From: Verrucomicrobiia bacterium
Lineage (GTDB): Bacteria; Verrucomicrobiota; Verrucomicrobiia; Limisphaerales; UBA1319
Assembly: GCA_963664225.1 (NCBI GenBank)
Contig: OY760937.1
Span: 1 to 64,000 of the forward strand
Length of the DNA stretch: 64,000 nt
Direction: 5' to 3'
Positions 61,122 to 64,000 of this stretch are shown here, in pieces (the first letter of the stretch is position 1; every line of letters starts with the position of its first letter). The notes below the pieces were generated by a model that was not told the DNA's origin, did no database searches, and saw only the letters and a list, made by a program, of their open reading frames with translations. A program made the translations under genes and the position numbers.

Positions 61122-64000
61122 ATGTCTGTAGTAAACCTATTGTCACGTTGCTTTGTGAATGGCACCACGGCCACCGTGGGCGTGTGTTTATATCTTGCGA
61201 TCGCCACAACGGCTTCCGCGCAAACCGCTTCGCCAGCCCAGGCGGCGGAGGAGGAGTCTGTGCGGCGCCAGGAGAACACGATTCTCTTGCGCCAACGGCT
61301 GGCGCAAGCGGAGGCCGCCCAAAAGGCGGGCGACAATGCCAGCTCGGCGCGCCTGTTTCAGGAGGCTTATTCATTATCCCAACGCATCGGTGACGTCGGC
61401 GTGGAGAAGGAGACCCAAAGGACGGTTGCCGGATTGTCCGATGTGCAATTGAAGCTCGCGCAGCAGGCACAGAACCAGGGGGATCTGGCCAGCGCGGAGA
61501 CCTGGGTGAACCGGGTGCTCGCCGTGGATCCCAAAAACCAGGCGGCCCAGAATTACAAGAAGACCGTCCTCAAGCTGCGCGAGGCGCAGAAGGGGCGCAT
61601 TCCGAGCGATGAGATGAAGGCGCGCGTGCCCGAGATGGTCACCGAAAAAGTGGCAACCGCCACGCTGGTTCAAGACGGCCGGATGCTGATGGAATGGGGC
61701 AAGCTCGATGAGGCCGAGAAGAAATTGCAGCAGGCCTTTGAGCAGGATGCGGGCAACGCCGCCGCAGTTCACTATTTACGGCTGGTCAAGGAGAAGAAAT
61801 ACGAGCAGGAGGCCCGGCGCCGGAGCATCAGTTCCTCGGACAAGCTGGTTAAAGTCGAGGAGGCTTGGAATCCCCCCACACAAGGGGCTCTGCTTCCTGC
61901 GGCCAATCCTTTTGCGACGACCAATTCGGCCTTCACGGGTCCCGGTCGCCAGATCATTCAGCGCAAGCTTGAGCGGATCAAAATCAACGAGGTCCGCAAA
62001 TTGGAGAACCTGCCGCTGGGTTCGGTGGTGGCTTATTTGAGCGAGGAATCGCGGCTGCGCGATCCTGACAAGGAAGGCGTCAATTTCATTATCAGCACGC
62101 GCATCGACAAGCCGTCTCCCCAGAACCAGCTTCAACAGCAGACGGATCCGGCGACGGGCCTTCCGGTCCAATCGGCCGCGCCGTCTCTCCAGCCCGTGAC
62201 CGATCTGGCCAACGATGTGAATGTGGCTTTTTCGTCTCCGTTGCGCAACATGAGCTTGAGCGACATGCTGCACGCCATCACCCAGGTGGCGCAAGCCTCG
62301 CCGAATATGGAGTTCTACGGTTTGAAGTATTCCATTGAGGAATACGGGGTGGTGATCTCGCAGAAAACCCGCGAACTGGAGCAGTTGTTCAGCAAGCAAT
62401 TCCGGGTGGATCCGAACACCTTCCTGCAGGGTCTGGAAAGCGTCCAATCCATCAATCCCGCCAGTGCCGCCACGGGTGGTAATAATCAGCAAAACGGTGG
62501 CGGCGGCGGCGGTGGTGGATTTGGTGGCGGCCAGGGCGGCCAGGGTGGTTACGGTGGAAGCACCGGCGGTGAGATTCCGCGTGTCACAGTGGCCGCTTAC
62601 GGTGGCAGCCAGAATCAACAAGGCGGCGGCGGATTTGGCGGTGGCGGTGGTGGCGGCTTCGGTGGTGGTGGCGGCGGCTTTGGTGGCGGTGGCGGCATCG
62701 GCGGCGGTGGCGGCCAGGGCGGTTACGGCCAGGGCGGTCTGACGGCGGTGACGCGTCAAACCCAGATGAGCGATGTGCAGACGTTGGTTCGCAATTTCTT
62801 CGCTCAAGCCACGGGAATCTATTTTGCGGGCGCTGGCGCCAATGGCCAGGGTGGTGGCGGCCAGGGCGGTCTGCTTGGTGGCGCCGGTGGTTTCGGCGGC
62901 GGTTTCGGCGGCGGCCAATTTGGTGGCCAGCAGGGACTCCCAGGCCAGGCGGGCACCGGTCAGCAGCAGGGAATCCGAACGATGTTTTTCAATGATCGCA
63001 CGGGTGTCTTGTTTGTCCGGGCGACGATGGAAGAGTTGGATTTGATCGAGCAAGCGGTGCAGGTTTTGAATCTGCCGCCGCCGATGGTCAATCTCGAGGC
63101 GAAATTTGTTGAAATCAGCCAGGAGGATAACAAATCCCTGGGCTTCGATTGGATTCTTGGAAACTTCCTGATGGGTGGGGGTAATGTTGGCGCCCAGGGC
63201 GGCTCGGCCCCATCGTTCAGCGGTTCCCCTTCGGCGGCCAATCCGAGCGGCATTTTCCCGGGTGCGGGTGGTGCGGCGACCACGGCCTCATCGGCTTCAG
63301 ACGGTCTGTTGACAGGCGGTTTGCGCAACAACTCCACAACGGTGGGGACGATTACGGGTATCATGACCGATCCCCAATTCCGATTGGTCATCAAGGCCTT
63401 GGAACAGCGGACGGGTGTGGATGTGATGTCCGCGCCTAATGTGACGACACTCAGCGGTCGCCAGGCGCAGATTCAATCCACGGTGCAGCGTCAGATTTTT
63501 GCCAGTGTTTCCGCTGGAACCGGCGGCAACAATTTCAACAACCAGTCAGGTGGTGGCGTGGGTGGAACGGTGTTGAACCAGGCGGTCTCGCTGTTGCAGC
63601 CGTCCACGGTGCCGTTGCCGACGGGTCCCACACTGGACGTCATTCCTTATGTTTCCGCGGATGGATACACAATTCAGATGACCTTGATTCCGTCGATTCT
63701 GGACTTCCTGGGCTACGGCAATCCTGACATTGCGGATGCCGCCGCGTATGAGGCGACGATTCAGGCGCAAGCGGGTCAATCCCGTTCGCCGGTGCCGCTG
63801 CCGCGCATCCTGGTTCGTCAGATCACGACCTCCGCCACCGTATGGGATGGTCAGACGGTTGTTTTGGGCGGATTGATTTCTGACGATGTGCGCCGGACTC
63901 GGGACAAAGTCCCCGTTCTGGGCGACATCCCATTGCTGGGACGTTTGTTCCGCAGCGAAAGCAGCGGGACGGCCAAGAAGAACCTGGTGGTTTTTGTAAC
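61122..64000 (+). CDS. secretin (PilQ/GspD family) with TPR-like N-terminus and Gly-rich inserts; runs off the window end
   Basis: Not in the ORF track because it has no stop in the window. Read by eye: signal peptide, VNLEAKFVEI, SAPNVTTLSG, GPTLDVIP, WDGQTVVLGGLI, DKVPVLGDIPLLGRLFRS. Confidence 0.9.
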   Translation, partial: MSVVNLLSRCFVNGTTATVGVCLYLAIATTASAQTASPAQAAEEESVRRQENTILLRQRLAQAEAAQKAGDNASSARLFQEAYSLSQRIGDVGVEKETQRTVAGLSDVQLKLAQQAQNQGDLASAETWVNRVLAVDPKNQAAQNYKKTVLKLREAQKGRIPSDEMKARVPEMVTEKVATATLVQDGRMLMEWGKLDEAEKKLQQAFEQDAGNAAAVHYLRLVKEKKYEQEARRRSISSSDKLVKVEEAWNPPTQGALLPAANPFATTNSAFTGPGRQIIQRKLERIKINEVRKLENLPLGSVVAYLSEESRLRDPDKEGVNFIISTRIDKPSPQNQLQQQTDPATGLPVQSAAPSLQPVTDLANDVNVAFSSPLRNMSLSDMLHAITQVAQASPNMEFYGLKYSIEEYGVVISQKTRELEQLFSKQFRVDPNTFLQGLESVQSINPASAATGGNNQQNGGGGGGGGFGGGQGGQGGYGGSTGGEIPRVTVAAYGGSQNQQGGGGFGGGGGGGFGGGGGGFGGGGGIGGGGGQGGYGQGGLTAVTRQTQMSDVQTLVRNFFAQATGIYFAGAGANGQGGGGQGGLLGGAGGFGGGFGGGQFGGQQGLPGQAGTGQQQGIRTMFFNDRTGVLFVRATMEELDLIEQAVQVLNLPPPMVNLEAKFVEISQEDNKSLGFDWILGNFLMGGGNVGAQGGSAPSFSGSPSAANPSGIFPGAGGAATTASSASDGLLTGGLRNNSTTVGTITGIMTDPQFRLVIKALEQRTGVDVMSAPNVTTLSGRQAQIQSTVQRQIFASVSAGTGGNNFNNQSGGGVGGTVLNQAVSLLQPSTVPLPTGPTLDVIPYVSADGYTIQMTLIPSILDFLGYGNPDIADAAAYEATIQAQAGQSRSPVPLPRILVRQITTSATVWDGQTVVLGGLISDDVRRTRDKVPVLGDIPLLGRLFRSESSGTAKKNLVVFV

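Noticed and set aside
61776..63053. 425-aa Ala/Thr-rich minus-strand ORF
   Set aside because: Antisense shadow of the Gly-rich secretin

Overview
The window looks like a Verrucomicrobiota chromosome, inferred from a VPETGST PEP-CTERM protein and a pilM/Amuc_1100-like pilus-secretin cluster. Positions ~1-44,455 form a composite accessory island that ends at the 3' half of a disrupted comM/yifB gene. The island carries an RND efflux operon with a frameshifted adaptor gene and two related large serine recombinases (LSRs). Four ~190-bp direct repeats, matching the 3' end of one LSR and ending in a tRNA-like tail, divide 10.8-22.6 kb into cargo cassettes. One cassette holds a Gabija-like OLD nuclease plus a UvrD helicase that is split by an IS66 element. 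Further right are a complete type I-C CRISPR-Cas locus (51 repeats, 50 spacers), an HTH + degenerate RuvC-fold pair, and an unusual PfkB-like/HAD fusion + MBL hydrolase pair. Right of comM, a group II intron sits at the end of a small inverted-repeat element, followed by housekeeping genes (epimerases, ABC transporter, trpF, tRNA-Pro, CPA2 antiporter, pfkA, type IV pilus/secretin cluster). The best candidate for a new system is the LSR-associated, integron-like cassette array, with its conserved micro-ORFs and structured leader. The second is the PfkB-HAD/MBL pair. All calls come from reading motifs by eye; no searches were run.
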